DNA of 64,000 nt from Cyanobacteria bacterium P01_A01_bin.123 (GTDB lineage Bacteria; Cyanobacteriota; Cyanobacteriia; Phormidesmidales; Phormidesmidaceae), in NCBI GenBank assembly GCA_039815185.1, contig JBCBZT010000008.1, positions 96,001 to 160,000 of the forward strand. The letters run 5' to 3'. The notes below the pieces were generated by a model, which worked only from the letters and a program-made list of their open reading frames with translations, was not told where the DNA came from and ran no database searches. This document shows, piece by piece, positions 27,084 to 38,502 of this stretch (position 1 is its first letter; the number at the start of each line of letters is the position of its first letter). The position numbers were made by a program, and so were the translations under genes.

Positions 27084-27434
27084 CTAGTTGCCTTCAGATT
27101 CAACTGTTTCAGTAGGCGCTTCTATATACTCGAATTGGAGGGGTTGTTGACCATATCCACCTTGTTGGCGAAACTCAGCTGCTGCCTCTCCAATTTGCTC
27201 GGTACTGTTTTGTCGATATTCTTCACGGCTCGTGCCACCAGAGAGGGCAGCTTCATGGAATAGGTCAAATGGGCTGTTGAGGAGATTTTCACTTGAACCA
27301 CCGACTGTAGCGTCATCGGTATTCCTGAGTGGATCATCAGTGCTTTGCGCTTGGGCAACCGCTGAGACACTGAGTAAGCCAAGGCCAAGCATTAAGGCAA
27401 AAAGTTTTAGGGATGCAGTAGTAAACCGTGACAT
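27084..27434 (-). CDS. Hypothetical exported protein
   Basis: Signal peptide ending AVAQAQ and PFDLFHEA motif. Follows the ABC permease on the same strand. Confidence 0.65.
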   Translation of the reverse strand: MSRFTTASLKLFALMLGLGLLSVSAVAQAQSTDDPLRNTDDATVGGSSENLLNSPFDLFHEAALSGGTSREEYRQNSTEQIGEAAAEFRQQGGYGQQPLQFEYIEAPTETVESEGN

Positions 27435-27545
27435 AACGATTTCTTCCTTGATTAGCAATGAACACGAAATACCCGGTCAATGGCCATAGGATATCTCTAT
27501 TTTGACGAAAAGATCCAAAAAATGCTCCCCCGATTCCCATCGGAT

Positions 27546-28493
27546 CTAAGCGATGCGGCGACGGAGTAAGGGCTGCACTAGAACCAACATAGCAGCGCTA
27601 AAGCCAATTAAAAGCGCCACCGATAGCCCGAGGGTAACACTGCCCCAGGGAGCTTCCATCACCACACTGTTGAAACTCCAGTCAGGATGAAGATAGAGGT
27701 AGCGGATCGGTTCAATAGCATAGCTAAGGGGATTGAGACTTGCGACTACCTGTAGCCACTGCGGCATAAAGCTTAAGGGTACGAGGGCGGTGCTGGCAAA
27801 CAGGAGCGGCAAATTGGTGACAAAGATAACGGCTAGCAGTTCAATGTGGCCAGGTAAGGCAAAGGCCAAACCCAGACTCAAAGCGGTAACGCCCAACACT
27901 AAGGTTAATAGAATGACGGCCATTACTCCCAACCCGACAAACCCAGGGAGTCCCGACCCTAAAGCGGCCCCCAAGGCAATGATGGAAGCCGTTTGGACAA
28001 AACTCATGGCTGCAATGAACAATGCTGAGGCAATCACAATAGAAAATCGCGAAGCCAGGGGAGCCACCAGTAGCCGATTCAAAAAACCAAATTCTCGGTC
28101 GAACATGACGGGTAACCCAGCATTAAGGGCACCTGCAAAGGCTGTGAATACGATAATGCCTGCCCCCAGAAACTGACCGTAGTGAACGCTGTCGCCAAAT
28201 AAGTCTGAGGGCACATTTTGAAATAGGGCGCCAAATAAAATCAACCACATCAGCGGTTGAATCACCCCTGCGACAAGGGTTGAGGGGCGTCGCTGGAGCT
28301 GAATAAATAGGCGTCGCGTCAGCGCCAGAGTCTCTTGTACAAATTCCCCAGAGAAAAGACCGGGCGGGTTAGCCGCGATCGCGCCTTGATTAATCGCAGC
28401 CTTCCACTGCTTCAGCTGATCGTTATTAATTGTTGATCTGGGGACATCTGAACCGGATGAACTCGGCTTAGATGACGTGATTGTGCCACTCAT
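27546..28493 (-). CDS. ABC-2 type transporter permease
   Basis: DREFGFLNRLLVAP and NPLSYAIE. About six TM segments. Confidence 0.92.
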   Translation of the reverse strand: MSGTITSSKPSSSGSDVPRSTINNDQLKQWKAAINQGAIAANPPGLFSGEFVQETLALTRRLFIQLQRRPSTLVAGVIQPLMWLILFGALFQNVPSDLFGDSVHYGQFLGAGIIVFTAFAGALNAGLPVMFDREFGFLNRLLVAPLASRFSIVIASALFIAAMSFVQTASIIALGAALGSGLPGFVGLGVMAVILLTLVLGVTALSLGLAFALPGHIELLAVIFVTNLPLLFASTALVPLSFMPQWLQVVASLNPLSYAIEPIRYLYLHPDWSFNSVVMEAPWGSVTLGLSVALLIGFSAAMLVLVQPLLRRRIA

Positions 28494-28517
28494 AAAACAC
28501 CTCTTGCAATAGCGATA

Positions 28518-29543
28518 TCAGCTGCCTTTCATACTTTGCTTGCGTTCAGCTTTGAGATCACGGCTACCCACCGCCGCCAGTTCGGCATCCATTAGGGTAC
28601 GCCCAGTCGCAGCAAGATAAACATCGTCTAGACTGGGGCGCGATTGGGAGATGCCAAAAGTTGGCAACCCAGCCGTGCTTAAACTTTGCTGCACAGAAAC
28701 CAAGGCATTGGCTTGGGCATCAACCACAAGGTTGAGGGAATTACCTTGGGCGCTATTGACGATCACCTCTTGTACACAGGGTAATGTTTCCAGGAGGGTC
28801 CGGGCGCTCTCGGCTTCGTCGGGGGGCGTAAACTCCCGGATGCGCAACGTAATCCGATCGCCACCTACTTCATCTTTCAATGCGCTGGGGGTACCCCGGG
28901 CAATCACCTCACCGCCGTCAATAATCGCTACGCGATCGCCCAAAGCATCCACTTCTTCCAAGTAGTGGCTGGTCAGCAAAATAGTGGTTCCAGCCGCTTT
29001 GAGTTCCCGAATAAAGCGCCACACCGACGATCGACTTTCGATGTCTAGCCCCACCGTCGGTTCGTCTAAGACCAACACATCGGGTTGGTGCAGTAGCCCG
29101 GCAGCTAAATCGAGGCGTTTTTTCAACCCACCTGAATAGATTCCGGTTTTTTGATCGGCCCAGTCGGTCAGATCCAATAGGTCGAGCATTTGGGCGATGC
29201 GATCCTTCGACACCTTGGCGGGAATGTGATATAGGTCAGCCTGAAGCTGGAGCATTTCTCGCCCGGTCAGCATCTTGTCCAGTGCGACTTCTTGCGCGAT
29301 GTAGCCTAAACATTGGCGGGCCGCACGGGGGTTATCTAAAACCGAAATGCCGTTGACCTCAATCTTGCCCTGATTCGGTCGGGTCAGAGTGCACAGGCAA
29401 CGAATCGTTGTGGTCTTGCCAGCACCGTTAGGGCCGAGCAGACCAAAGATCTCACCCGACTCAATGATGAGCGACACATCCTTGATCGCTTCCACCGAAC
29501 CGTAACTTTTCTGGAGTCCTTCAATTAAGACTGCGGGGGCCAT
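28518..29543 (-). CDS. ABC transporter ATP-binding protein (DrrA-like)
   Basis: GPNGAGKTT, YSGGLKKR, LDEPT and SHYLEE. Confidence 0.93.
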   Translation of the reverse strand: MAPAVLIEGLQKSYGSVEAIKDVSLIIESGEIFGLLGPNGAGKTTTIRCLCTLTRPNQGKIEVNGISVLDNPRAARQCLGYIAQEVALDKMLTGREMLQLQADLYHIPAKVSKDRIAQMLDLLDLTDWADQKTGIYSGGLKKRLDLAAGLLHQPDVLVLDEPTVGLDIESRSSVWRFIRELKAAGTTILLTSHYLEEVDALGDRVAIIDGGEVIARGTPSALKDEVGGDRITLRIREFTPPDEAESARTLLETLPCVQEVIVNSAQGNSLNLVVDAQANALVSVQQSLSTAGLPTFGISQSRPSLDDVYLAATGRTLMDAELAAVGSRDLKAERKQSMKGS

Positions 29544-29627
29544 AGCGTCACCCGTTTCGTTAACATTAGCTTTGTTATGTAACTAAATTTTACCTAAGGG
29601 TGACAGATTTAGCTGCGCGGATGGGGT

Positions 29628-30623
29628 TCATCCCAGAATCACACTAATCATCGGGATCGCCGTCAGCAAAATATTCAACTGCTCTCCCAGGGTGAAGTTA
29701 AGCTGCTGCATCCAGGGGAGTTGGTCAACCACCATGCCAGCGGAAAGCAGCATCATATAGAGGATGGAGTACTTAAATAAAGACTTCGACAAGTCTTTAT
29801 CTGCGGGCGTCTGGTTCAGCAACCAAGCTTTTTTAAGGAAGACATAGCCCAGCGCGATCGCGAAGATCGCATACACTCCTCCAGACACACCCAGGGGATA
29901 GACTAGCAGTAGCGTTATCGGCAATAGCAGCAGCGTATACACCAAAATCTGCTGGGCGGTTTTTTCATTCCCCACGACCACCGGCAGCATAGGAATACCC
30001 ACTTTTGCATAGTCGTCTTGAATGACCATGGCCAGCCCCCAAAAGTGAGGCGGCGTCCAAACGAACACAATCGCAAAAATCACCCAAGCAGGCCAACTCA
30101 AATGACCGGTTACCGCGGCCCAGCCCACTAAAGGTGGTATGGCCCCGGCGGCACCCCCAATCACAATGTTTTGGGTAGAGGAGCGTTTTAGCCAGTGGGT
30201 ATAGACCCCGACATAGAGCACAATACCCACCATCGCCAGACAAGCACTGAGTAAGTTAGCAACCCAGGTTTGGAGGCTAAAGGAGGCGATCGCCAAGATT
30301 GCTGAAAATACCAGCGCGTCACGCACCTTCACACGGCCCGATGGCAAGGGGCGATGACGGGTTCGCTCCATATCGTAGTCAATGTCACGATCGTAAACAC
30401 AATTGATCACCTGGGCTGAGGCTGCCGCCAAAGCTCCGCTAAGCAGGGTGATAATTAACAACACTGGATCAACATGGCCTTTGGCTGCAATCCACATACT
30501 GCCTGCCGTTTCAATCAGCAGTAAAGGAATAATGCGGGGTTTCGTCAATTGCCAGTAGCTCTTCAAAACCTGCCCAAAAGACTCATGGTGGCGGACAGGA
30601 GACCAAGCGGTCATCGGTTGCAT
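29628..30623 (-). CDS. ctaB: Heme o synthase (protoheme IX farnesyltransferase)
   Basis: [26 protein letters not shown] and WTPPHFW. Confidence 0.95.
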   Translation of the reverse strand: MQPMTAWSPVRHHESFGQVLKSYWQLTKPRIIPLLLIETAGSMWIAAKGHVDPVLLIITLLSGALAAASAQVINCVYDRDIDYDMERTRHRPLPSGRVKVRDALVFSAILAIASFSLQTWVANLLSACLAMVGIVLYVGVYTHWLKRSSTQNIVIGGAAGAIPPLVGWAAVTGHLSWPAWVIFAIVFVWTPPHFWGLAMVIQDDYAKVGIPMLPVVVGNEKTAQQILVYTLLLLPITLLLVYPLGVSGGVYAIFAIALGYVFLKKAWLLNQTPADKDLSKSLFKYSILYMMLLSAGMVVDQLPWMQQLNFTLGEQLNILLTAIPMISVILG

Positions 30624-30736
30624 AGATTAAAACGTCCTATTGAATGTTGAGCAGTGCTGTTGAGAAGTACTTTCGCTGAACATTTTTTGAGCACTGCTGT
30701 TGTTGATCACTTTTGGATCAATGCGTTTGCTGATCA

Positions 30737-31687
30737 TTATGAGGGGGCAGCATTGAGGCTGCGTCGATCGCGAAAGGCTAGGGCTGAGAAGCACACAAGG
30801 GTGCCCAGCAGCATTGCGCCAACAACCTGATGGGTGACGGTCAGAGGCTCAACCTGGAGGTGGAGGCGGAAAGTTGCAATGCCTAAAACAATTTGCACCA
30901 CAACTAAAGCACCAGCCCCTTGAGCCAATCCGCGCAGAGATGAGCTGAGCGCAGGGGTTTGCCAAACTTTCCACACGAGCCACAACGTTGCCAAAGTGGC
31001 TGGAACGACACCCACGAGGTGGCTATTCATGACAGCACAAAGCTGGTTAAGCCCAAAACACTGATGAGCCGCCCAACGGGAACCCACAAGCCCACCTAAC
31101 AAGCTTTGACAGTAGATGAGACCCGCGGCAATTAAGCCCAGCCAAGGCAATTGACCGACATGGCCACTGCCGCCATAGGGCATTAGGAAGACTCCCATAA
31201 TCAGCAGCACGCTAAAAAACAGCAGTGCTGCCCCCAAGTGTGCCGTCACAATGTCGAACCGCAACAGTTGCGTCACAGTGAGCCCACCCAAGGCTCCCTG
31301 CACCAAAATCAGCACTAGCGCACCCAATGAGGCCCACGGTAGCCATCGAGGTAACTGACGACGAAACCACAGGCTAACGCCTAGCAAACCCAAAGTAGTC
31401 AACCCAATTAGGGCTGCATCTAAGCGATGAAACCACTCTAGAAACACCTGAAAATTCATTTGCCGTTGAGGCACAAGTTGGCCGTAGCACAGTGGCCAAT
31501 CGGGGCAAGCTAAGCCCGCGTTCATGACGCGGGTGGCACTACCAACAGCCATAAGGGCCAGGGTTGCGATCGCCAGTTTCCAAATCAAGCGTCGCGTCCA
31601 CACCTGAATGGAGTTTTCTATAGGTATCGATTGAGACTGGGGGGCAGCTACAGGCCGAGCAGGGGGATGAAGGGTTGAATCAGTCAT
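30737..31687 (-). CDS. ctaA: Heme A synthase (COX15/CtaA)
   Basis: TRVMNAGLACPDWPLC, EWFHR and QGALGGLTV. Confidence 0.93.
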   Translation of the reverse strand: MTDSTLHPPARPVAAPQSQSIPIENSIQVWTRRLIWKLAIATLALMAVGSATRVMNAGLACPDWPLCYGQLVPQRQMNFQVFLEWFHRLDAALIGLTTLGLLGVSLWFRRQLPRWLPWASLGALVLILVQGALGGLTVTQLLRFDIVTAHLGAALLFFSVLLIMGVFLMPYGGSGHVGQLPWLGLIAAGLIYCQSLLGGLVGSRWAAHQCFGLNQLCAVMNSHLVGVVPATLATLWLVWKVWQTPALSSSLRGLAQGAGALVVVQIVLGIATFRLHLQVEPLTVTHQVVGAMLLGTLVCFSALAFRDRRSLNAAPS

Positions 31688-31723
31688 TGACAAGACAGAA
31701 TTGGGGACTGGTTTAAACCTTGG

Positions 31724-31782
31724 CCGGATCCAGATCCATCATTTCTCCTAAGCCAAAATCTAGAATTTCAAATCAGATGCGA
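31724..31782. repeat. Repeat family A copy (reverse orientation)
   Basis: Reverse complement reads CGCATCTGATTTGAAA...ATGGATCTGGATCCGG. Confidence 0.6.
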
Positions 31783-32588
31783 TTTATTAAGCTGAGGATA
31801 TACAAAGTGAGCCATGACTTCGGTCGCTAGGGGTTAGCTTAACGCGCATATCACTTTTCTCGCTCAAGTTCCACTTTATTGAAGAGTTCTTTGAAACATC
31901 AGGCTTTTAGGGTTTTCTTCGGAATTAAGCTATGCAAGATGATGGCAAAATTTCAAAGCGTTACAAAACTAACTAAATCTGGAAAAAGACGAAAATCTTA
32001 AAAAGAATTTTACATTTTAAGCATGATTTTACAGTTCCTTTAACGTGAAACCGATCCCTGTGCGCTGGACTACGGCTTTGAGCTTTTTAGTCGTAGAGAT
32101 AGCGGATGAATCCGAAGAAAACCCAAAGAAACCCCGAATACTTTCTCTAAATTGCCGTCAAAATCGGTTCCCTGTCTTAACCTTGGTAGCTAAGCACGAT
32201 TGCAGGGACTCTATGATCGCGTTAGAACTAGTGAGGCATGATCAAAACCAGCATTCTTTATGCATTCTTCAACGGATAAAGGTCTTGACTAGCAAACTGT
32301 TAAGCCCAACCTAAGTCGTGTGTGTCAAGCCAAGGAAGCGATTACCCTTTGCAAAGGTTATGGGTTGAGTTAAATAATTGTCTTACCTTGCGTTACTGCG
32401 AGCGTTGACTTACCAATTTACAACCCAAGATTTTCAGCAAGTTTACTCAAGTTTTTTGAAAGCTCCTCAAGGGCTAAGCTCTAAATCCGTTTTGCATCGA
32501 GGCTGAGTTCTGGTTTGCTTTTCAAACGGGTTACAAATGCTTTAGGCATTGTTCAAAATCATTACCCCAGAAGGGTTTTAATGGCGCT

Positions 32589-33596
32589 GTGAATATTCCA
32601 AGTTCGATCATTACGATGTTGGCCGGCATCGTCGTCACCTTAGTCAGTCTTTGGTACGGCCAGAATCATGGTTTGTTGCCAATTGCTGCCTCAGAAGAAG
32701 CGGCTCAAGTGGACGATCTGTTCAATGCCATGATGACCATTTCAGTGGGTCTGTTTCTACTGGTTGAAGGGGCACTTGTGGTGGCGGCAATCCGATTTCG
32801 CCGCCGACCAGGGGATGAAGGCGACGGTGCTCACATTGAAGGAAACGTCCCGTTGGAGATTCTATGGACAGCCATTCCTGCGGTGATCGTTCTTGGCATC
32901 TCGGTCTACAGCTTCGAGGTCTATACCGAGATGGGTGGCCTAGAACCCATGGCCCCTATGCAGTCTCCGAAAACCGTAGAGATTGCCTATGCTTCTTCTG
33001 GTTCTGAAGATGGCACCATGCCGCTGATGATTGGGGACAAGGAGATGGCCTCAAATATTGGCATTGGCGTCAGTCCTGGTCAGGGTGAACCCGATGTCAC
33101 GGTCAATGTCATGGCCGTACAGTATGCCTTTATCTTTACCTATCCTGACAGTGGCGTCGTTTCTGGTGAACTGTATGTGCCTTCGGGCAAGCAGGTCAAG
33201 CTTAATATGAACGCTCAGGATGTGCTTCATGCTTTCTGGCTACCAGAGTTACGCATTAAGCAAGACGTGATTCCCGGAAGCGAGACGGAGTTGGCCTTTA
33301 CGCCCACCGTTGAAGGCACCTATCCGGTGATTTGCGCTGAGCTATGTGGGCCCTACCACGGTGCTATGAAGACCCAGATGGTGGTGCAGTCTCCCGATGA
33401 CTTTAATGCTTGGGTGCAGTCTCAAGTGGCCCTGGGCAATGTAGCGGATGAGACCGTTGCCGCTGCTCCCACAGAACGCAGTGATGCAGATTATTTAGCG
33501 GCACTCGCTGAGCCTCTGAGTTTACAGGTGGATCACCAAGCGATCGCTCATCTCCATAGCGAGCACAACCACAACCACACTGCGATGGCCTTCTAG
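32589..33596 (+). CDS. coxB: Cytochrome c oxidase subunit II (aa3 type)
   Basis: LEILWTAIP, DVLHAFW and CuA motif CAELCGPYHGAM. Confidence 0.95.
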   Translation: MNIPSSIITMLAGIVVTLVSLWYGQNHGLLPIAASEEAAQVDDLFNAMMTISVGLFLLVEGALVVAAIRFRRRPGDEGDGAHIEGNVPLEILWTAIPAVIVLGISVYSFEVYTEMGGLEPMAPMQSPKTVEIAYASSGSEDGTMPLMIGDKEMASNIGIGVSPGQGEPDVTVNVMAVQYAFIFTYPDSGVVSGELYVPSGKQVKLNMNAQDVLHAFWLPELRIKQDVIPGSETELAFTPTVEGTYPVICAELCGPYHGAMKTQMVVQSPDDFNAWVQSQVALGNVADETVAAAPTERSDADYLAALAEPLSLQVDHQAIAHLHSEHNHNHTAMAF

Positions 33597-33603
33597 GCGT
33601 AAA

Positions 33604-33665
33604 CCACATCTGATTTAAAGCCTCCAGGTCTCGACTCAAGGAAAAAACTATGGATCTGGATGTGG
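33604..33665. repeat. Repeat family A copy between coxB and coxA
   Basis: CCACATCTGATTTAAA...ACTATGGATCTGGATGTGG. Confidence 0.75.
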
Positions 33666-33710
33666 ACGCAGTACAGAAGCTTAACCGTATAACGTTTTAA
33701 ACACAGGGTT

Positions 33711-35387
33711 ATGACACAGGTTGACGTTAAAGAAGCCCAGTCTCCACAACCGCCCCACGGGCACGATCAGGAGCGCAAGTGGATAGACTATTTTACCTTT
33801 TGCACCGATCACAAGGTGATTGGCATTCAGTACCTGGTTACGGCGTTTGTCTTCTATATAATTGGCGGCATCTTTGCCACCATGATGCGGACAGAGTTAG
33901 CCACGCCTGATCCTGACTTTGTGACACCGGATGTGTATAACGGCCTCTTGACGCTCCACGGGACAGTGATGCTGTTTTTGTGGATTGTGCCAGCTGGGGC
34001 TGGGCTCGCCAATTACCTGATTCCCCTGATGATTGGGGCACGGGATATGGCATTTCCTCGACTCAACGCGATCGCGTTTTGGATGATTCCGCCATCTGGC
34101 ATCTTGTTGCTGAGCAGCTATTTCTTTGAGCCACCCGGTGCGGGATGGACTTCCTATCCGCCGCTGAGCCTCACCCTGGGGCAACTCGGCCAGGGGATCT
34201 GGATTATGAGCATTCTAATTGGTGGAACCGCGTCTATTTTGGGTGGGATCAACTTCATCACCACCATTCTGAAGATGCGGGTGCCCAGTATGTCCATCAA
34301 TCAGATGCCACTGTTTTGTTGGTCAATGCTAGCCACTTCATTTTTGATTTTGGTGAGTACCCCAGTCCTAGCGGGAGCGCTGATTTTGCTAGCCTTTGAT
34401 CTGCTAGCCGGAACCAACTTTTTTGACCCTACTGGGGGTGGCAATCCAGTTGTCTACCAGCACATGTTCTGGTTTTATTCCCACCCAGCGGTGTACATCT
34501 TTGTGCTACCCCTGTTCGGGGCGATTTCGGATGTGATTCCGGTGCATGCCCGCAAGCCGATATTTGGCTATAAAGCGATTGCCTATTCCAGTCTTGCTAT
34601 CAGCTTCTTGGGCCTGATTGTCTGGGCTCACCACATGTTTACCAGCGGCACCCCACCCTGGATGCGGATGTTCTTTATGATCACCACCATGGTGATCGCT
34701 GTGCCCACGGGCATTAAGGTCTTTGGCTGGGTGGCTACTTTGTGGCGTGGCAAGATTGCCTTCACCAGCGCCATGCTGTTTGCCCTGGGTTTTATTGCCA
34801 CCTTCTTGATTGGCGGCATTAGTGGGGTAATGCTGGCGGCGGTGCCTTTCGACATCCATGTCCACGATACCTATTTTGTGGTAGCCCACTTCCACTATGT
34901 GCTGTTTGGCGGGGCCGTGTTTGGGGTCTACATGGCGGTTTACCACTGGTTCCCCAAGATGACTGGGCGCATGATGAACGAATTTTGGGGCCGGGTGCAC
35001 TTTGTCCTCACCTTTGTAGGGATGAACCTGACCTTCATGCCCATGCATGAGTTGGGGCTGCGCGGTATGAATCGCCGCATTGCTCTGTACGATCCTCAGT
35101 TCACTGATTTGAACCAGTTGGCCACCATTGGATCTTATGTTTTGGCGGTTTCTACGATTCCGTTTTTAATCAATGCGGTGTGGAGTTGGGCCTTTGGCGA
35201 AAAAGCACCGGCTAATCCGTGGCGGGCATTAACCCTGGAGTGGCAAACCACTTCGCCACCGATGGTAGAAAATTTTGAGGAACTACCTGTCCTCAAAACT
35301 GGCCCTTATGATTATGGTCTAGGCTACATTCCTAGTCCTGACCCACCAGAACTCTATGGGGATGCCCCCAAACAGGTACCTGCCTAG
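33711..35387 (+). CDS. coxA: Cytochrome c oxidase subunit I
   Basis: TDHKVIG, GWTSYPPL, FWFYSHPAVY, VWAHHM and HDTYFVVAHFHYV. Confidence 0.97.
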   Translation: MTQVDVKEAQSPQPPHGHDQERKWIDYFTFCTDHKVIGIQYLVTAFVFYIIGGIFATMMRTELATPDPDFVTPDVYNGLLTLHGTVMLFLWIVPAGAGLANYLIPLMIGARDMAFPRLNAIAFWMIPPSGILLLSSYFFEPPGAGWTSYPPLSLTLGQLGQGIWIMSILIGGTASILGGINFITTILKMRVPSMSINQMPLFCWSMLATSFLILVSTPVLAGALILLAFDLLAGTNFFDPTGGGNPVVYQHMFWFYSHPAVYIFVLPLFGAISDVIPVHARKPIFGYKAIAYSSLAISFLGLIVWAHHMFTSGTPPWMRMFFMITTMVIAVPTGIKVFGWVATLWRGKIAFTSAMLFALGFIATFLIGGISGVMLAAVPFDIHVHDTYFVVAHFHYVLFGGAVFGVYMAVYHWFPKMTGRMMNEFWGRVHFVLTFVGMNLTFMPMHELGLRGMNRRIALYDPQFTDLNQLATIGSYVLAVSTIPFLINAVWSWAFGEKAPANPWRALTLEWQTTSPPMVENFEELPVLKTGPYDYGLGYIPSPDPPELYGDAPKQVPA

Positions 35388-35420
35388 GCTTTTCTTGTTC
35401 AATCTTGATTTTTTATTGCC

Positions 35421-36044
35421 ATGACCACGCAAGGTTCTGCCATTGAGACTTCAGAGACCGTGTTTGCTGCTGAACAACATGGGGCCGCCCATGCTGAAGA
35501 ACACCATGATTTTCGAATCTTTGGCTTGATTTTGTTCTTGGCCGCTGAAAGCATGATCTTTCTCGGCTTGTTCTCAGCCTATTTGGCCTTTCGAGTGATG
35601 GCACCTGACTGGCCCCCAGAGGGAACACCCGAGCTAGAAGTACTGTTGCCCGGCATTAACACCATCATTCTGATCTCCAGCAGTTTTGTGATCCACCAGG
35701 CTGACACCGCAATTAAGAAAAATGATGTCGGTGGCATGCAAAAGTGGTTTGCTATCACCGCCTTGATGGGCGCTATCTTCTTAGCGGGTCAGGTCTATGA
35801 GTACAGCAACCTGGAGTTTGGTCTGACGACTAACCAGTTTGCCAGCACTTTTTATGCCCTCACTGGATTCCATGGGCTGCACGTATTTGTAGGGATCTTG
35901 TTGATGCTGGCGGTGTTGTGGCGATCGCGTCAAACCGCCCATTACTCCAGTAAGAACCACTTTGGCATCGAAGCTGCCGAGCTTTACTGGCACTTTGTAG
36001 ACGTGGTTTGGATTGTACTATTCTTGTTGCTTTACATTCTTTAA
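35421..36044 (+). CDS. coxC: Cytochrome c oxidase subunit III
   Basis: LTGFHGLHV and YWHFVDVVW. Confidence 0.95.
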   Translation: MTTQGSAIETSETVFAAEQHGAAHAEEHHDFRIFGLILFLAAESMIFLGLFSAYLAFRVMAPDWPPEGTPELEVLLPGINTIILISSSFVIHQADTAIKKNDVGGMQKWFAITALMGAIFLAGQVYEYSNLEFGLTTNQFASTFYALTGFHGLHVFVGILLMLAVLWRSRQTAHYSSKNHFGIEAAELYWHFVDVVWIVLFLLLYIL

Positions 36045-36315
36045 GGGCGGATTCTCTGGGCAATCAGAAGCCAGAAGCGTTGGAATGCTGACGCCTGACT
36101 CCTCCATTCTGCACTCTTTCTTAGAGAGAACTGCTCACATCAAGTTGATAGTCCACAATTGAGCTAAACCCAGGGGTGCCCTGCTTGTCAGAGTCACCCT
36201 TTTTTCATGTTTTTGAGCGAAACGCAAAAAAAGTCGTCGATCCGAGAATTTTCTGATATAAACTGTGCAAACTCGCACATAATAGGGCGTGCCAATCTCG
36301 ATTCTTCTGGCTTAG

Positions 36316-38340
36316 ATGCAAAAGTCATATGGCTCTTCAGCTTCAAAACGTCGCCGTCCTCCCCGCAGAAGAGGAAAAAGGCGGAGGACAAGTCCTTGGC
36401 GACTGGGGCGATTTGCATTTAGTTGCATTTTACTGGTGGCGATCGCGACTTCTTTCTTAGACGCGTTCAATCAGGCCCAGTCAGAATCGATACTCAACAG
36501 CCAACCCCCGACTGTTGAAACAAGCTTAAGCGGCACCCTACGCCAAGACGAATTGGGTGAGAAAGTCACTCAGTTGGTTGATCCCAATGATCGCCCGCTA
36601 CTTTCACCACTCCCCGTTGCCGAAGAAATTTGGGAATGTGAAGTGGTGGTGGTTGGCGGTTCCTTGGGGGGTATCGCGGCAGCCAGCCATGCCATGGCTA
36701 GCGGTGCGCAAACCTGCCTAATTGAGCTGACTCCTTGGCTGGGGGGACAAATTAGTTCCCAAGGGGTGCCTGCATTGGATGAATCCGGTGCGATGCAGGC
36801 TAAGCAAAATTTTTCAGCTAGCTGGCGGGCCTTCAAAGAGTTGGTTTCACAGCAGCCCGTCAATCTACCTGCCTGGACCGGGCTAGAGTCTCCCCAACGG
36901 GTTTCTAATACGAATAGTTGTTGGGTCAGCGGCCTGTGCTTTTTGCCCCGCGCGGGTGCCACTGCGTCTCAACAGTGGCTGCAAGCCGCCGCATCTAAAG
37001 CGCCGGGTAGTCGCTGGGGAACCTCCATTGCTTTTAAGGGGGCATCCTTTGATGCCTCAGGCAGACAAATTACGTCGATTTATGCCGTCAAACGGATTCC
37101 AAAGGACGAGCGCTATGCTCCTTTAGGTCGCCTTTCTCAGGAGTTGGTGAGTTGGTATTCTTGGGCCGACGACGACACCTATGATAAGGTGCCGATTCGG
37201 CTCCAGCCTGTGCCAGGTAAACCCATGTTTGTGATTGATGCCACCGACACGGGAGAACTGATTGGTTGGGCTAATATCCCCCACCGCACTGGATCTGAGC
37301 CCAAATCGCTCACTGGAGAAGTGAACGCTCCCGAAGTGGGCAACCCAGACTGTAATCAGGCTTACACCTTTCCCTTCGTGATGGGGATTTTAGATGACGG
37401 CGGCGAAAGCCATCGGCAACTCCAGAAAGTGCAACCGGGCTTTTCGCGGGAAGAACACCGCAGTCGGTTCAATCTCGAAGGGTTTCCCATGTTTCATGGG
37501 GGCAGTTTATTTAACTACCGACGGATCATCAGCACCACCCTTAGCGATCCCAGGCATGGAAAGTCCGTACCAGGAGACTTGTCGATCATCAACTGGAATC
37601 GGGGGAATGATTGGGTATTTATGGATCCCCCAGTTTTGTTGACCGAAGATAAGATTGTGGCGTCGGGTCAACGGCAAAACTGGATGGGGGGATTGTCTCT
37701 AGAATCACTCAAGGAAGGGGAAAACCATAGCCTATTATTTGCAGAATGGTTGATTGAAACCCAGACCCGGCCGGGCCTCCCCCTAACCTTTCTGGGGGGA
37801 GTTGATTCGCCTTTAGGCACCCAGTCTGGATTGAGTATGTATCCCTATATTCGAGAGGGGCGGCGGATTTTAGGCCGTCCGGCCTATGGGCAAGAAACGT
37901 TTATGATCTTGGAATCTGATATTCGCACCGATCTTTCCGCAGGGCGTGACTTTAGCCCGACCGTGGTGGCCCTAGCCCATTATGATGTGGACATTCACGG
38001 TTGCCTCTATCGCAATTCTGACGATACGGGAGAAGCTGCCGCTGCCAGTGTAAAAGAATACGTGGTGCGACCCCTGCAAATTCCGATAGAAGCGCTGATT
38101 CCGATTGGGGTGGATAATCTGTTGATGGGCGGTAAAGGAATTGCCGTCAGCCATATTGCCAATGCCGTCACCCGGCTGCACTACGCTGAATGGAGTGTGG
38201 GTGCCTCTGCTGGGGCGATGGCGGGATGGATTCATAATCAAGATACCCCTGGGTTGATGCCGCCTGATATTGTGCCCACTGGTCGATTTATGACGTTGAA
38301 TGAATATTTAATGTCCCAGGGGTTGAAGTTTACTTGGTGA
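36316..38340 (+). CDS. FAD-dependent oxidoreductase with N-terminal membrane anchor
   Basis: VVVVGGSLGGIAAA, WLGGQISSQG, IDATDTGEL, PYIREGRR and IPIEALIP. Confidence 0.85.
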   Translation: MQKSYGSSASKRRRPPRRRGKRRRTSPWRLGRFAFSCILLVAIATSFLDAFNQAQSESILNSQPPTVETSLSGTLRQDELGEKVTQLVDPNDRPLLSPLPVAEEIWECEVVVVGGSLGGIAAASHAMASGAQTCLIELTPWLGGQISSQGVPALDESGAMQAKQNFSASWRAFKELVSQQPVNLPAWTGLESPQRVSNTNSCWVSGLCFLPRAGATASQQWLQAAASKAPGSRWGTSIAFKGASFDASGRQITSIYAVKRIPKDERYAPLGRLSQELVSWYSWADDDTYDKVPIRLQPVPGKPMFVIDATDTGELIGWANIPHRTGSEPKSLTGEVNAPEVGNPDCNQAYTFPFVMGILDDGGESHRQLQKVQPGFSREEHRSRFNLEGFPMFHGGSLFNYRRIISTTLSDPRHGKSVPGDLSIINWNRGNDWVFMDPPVLLTEDKIVASGQRQNWMGGLSLESLKEGENHSLLFAEWLIETQTRPGLPLTFLGGVDSPLGTQSGLSMYPYIREGRRILGRPAYGQETFMILESDIRTDLSAGRDFSPTVVALAHYDVDIHGCLYRNSDDTGEAAAASVKEYVVRPLQIPIEALIPIGVDNLLMGGKGIAVSHIANAVTRLHYAEWSVGASAGAMAGWIHNQDTPGLMPPDIVPTGRFMTLNEYLMSQGLKFTW

Positions 38341-38393
38341 GGCGTGAGGGGAAAAGGGAAATAATGGGAGCGGAGCTCGAAATTTACCTTGTT

Positions 38394-38451
38394 CAAGTCC
38401 AGACCTAGCGTTTTGTCTGTAGGGAAACGCCAGCTTCCGAGCTGGACTTGG
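38394..38451. repeat. Repeat family B, copy 2 (hairpin CAAGTCCAG...CTGGACTTG)
   Basis: 9-bp perfect terminal inverted repeat. Similar to 1256-1312. Confidence 0.7.
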
Positions 38452-38502
38452 GTTAAGCTGCCTAAGAGGTTTCTTTAAGCGTATCGATGGTTACCTGAGC
38501 CG

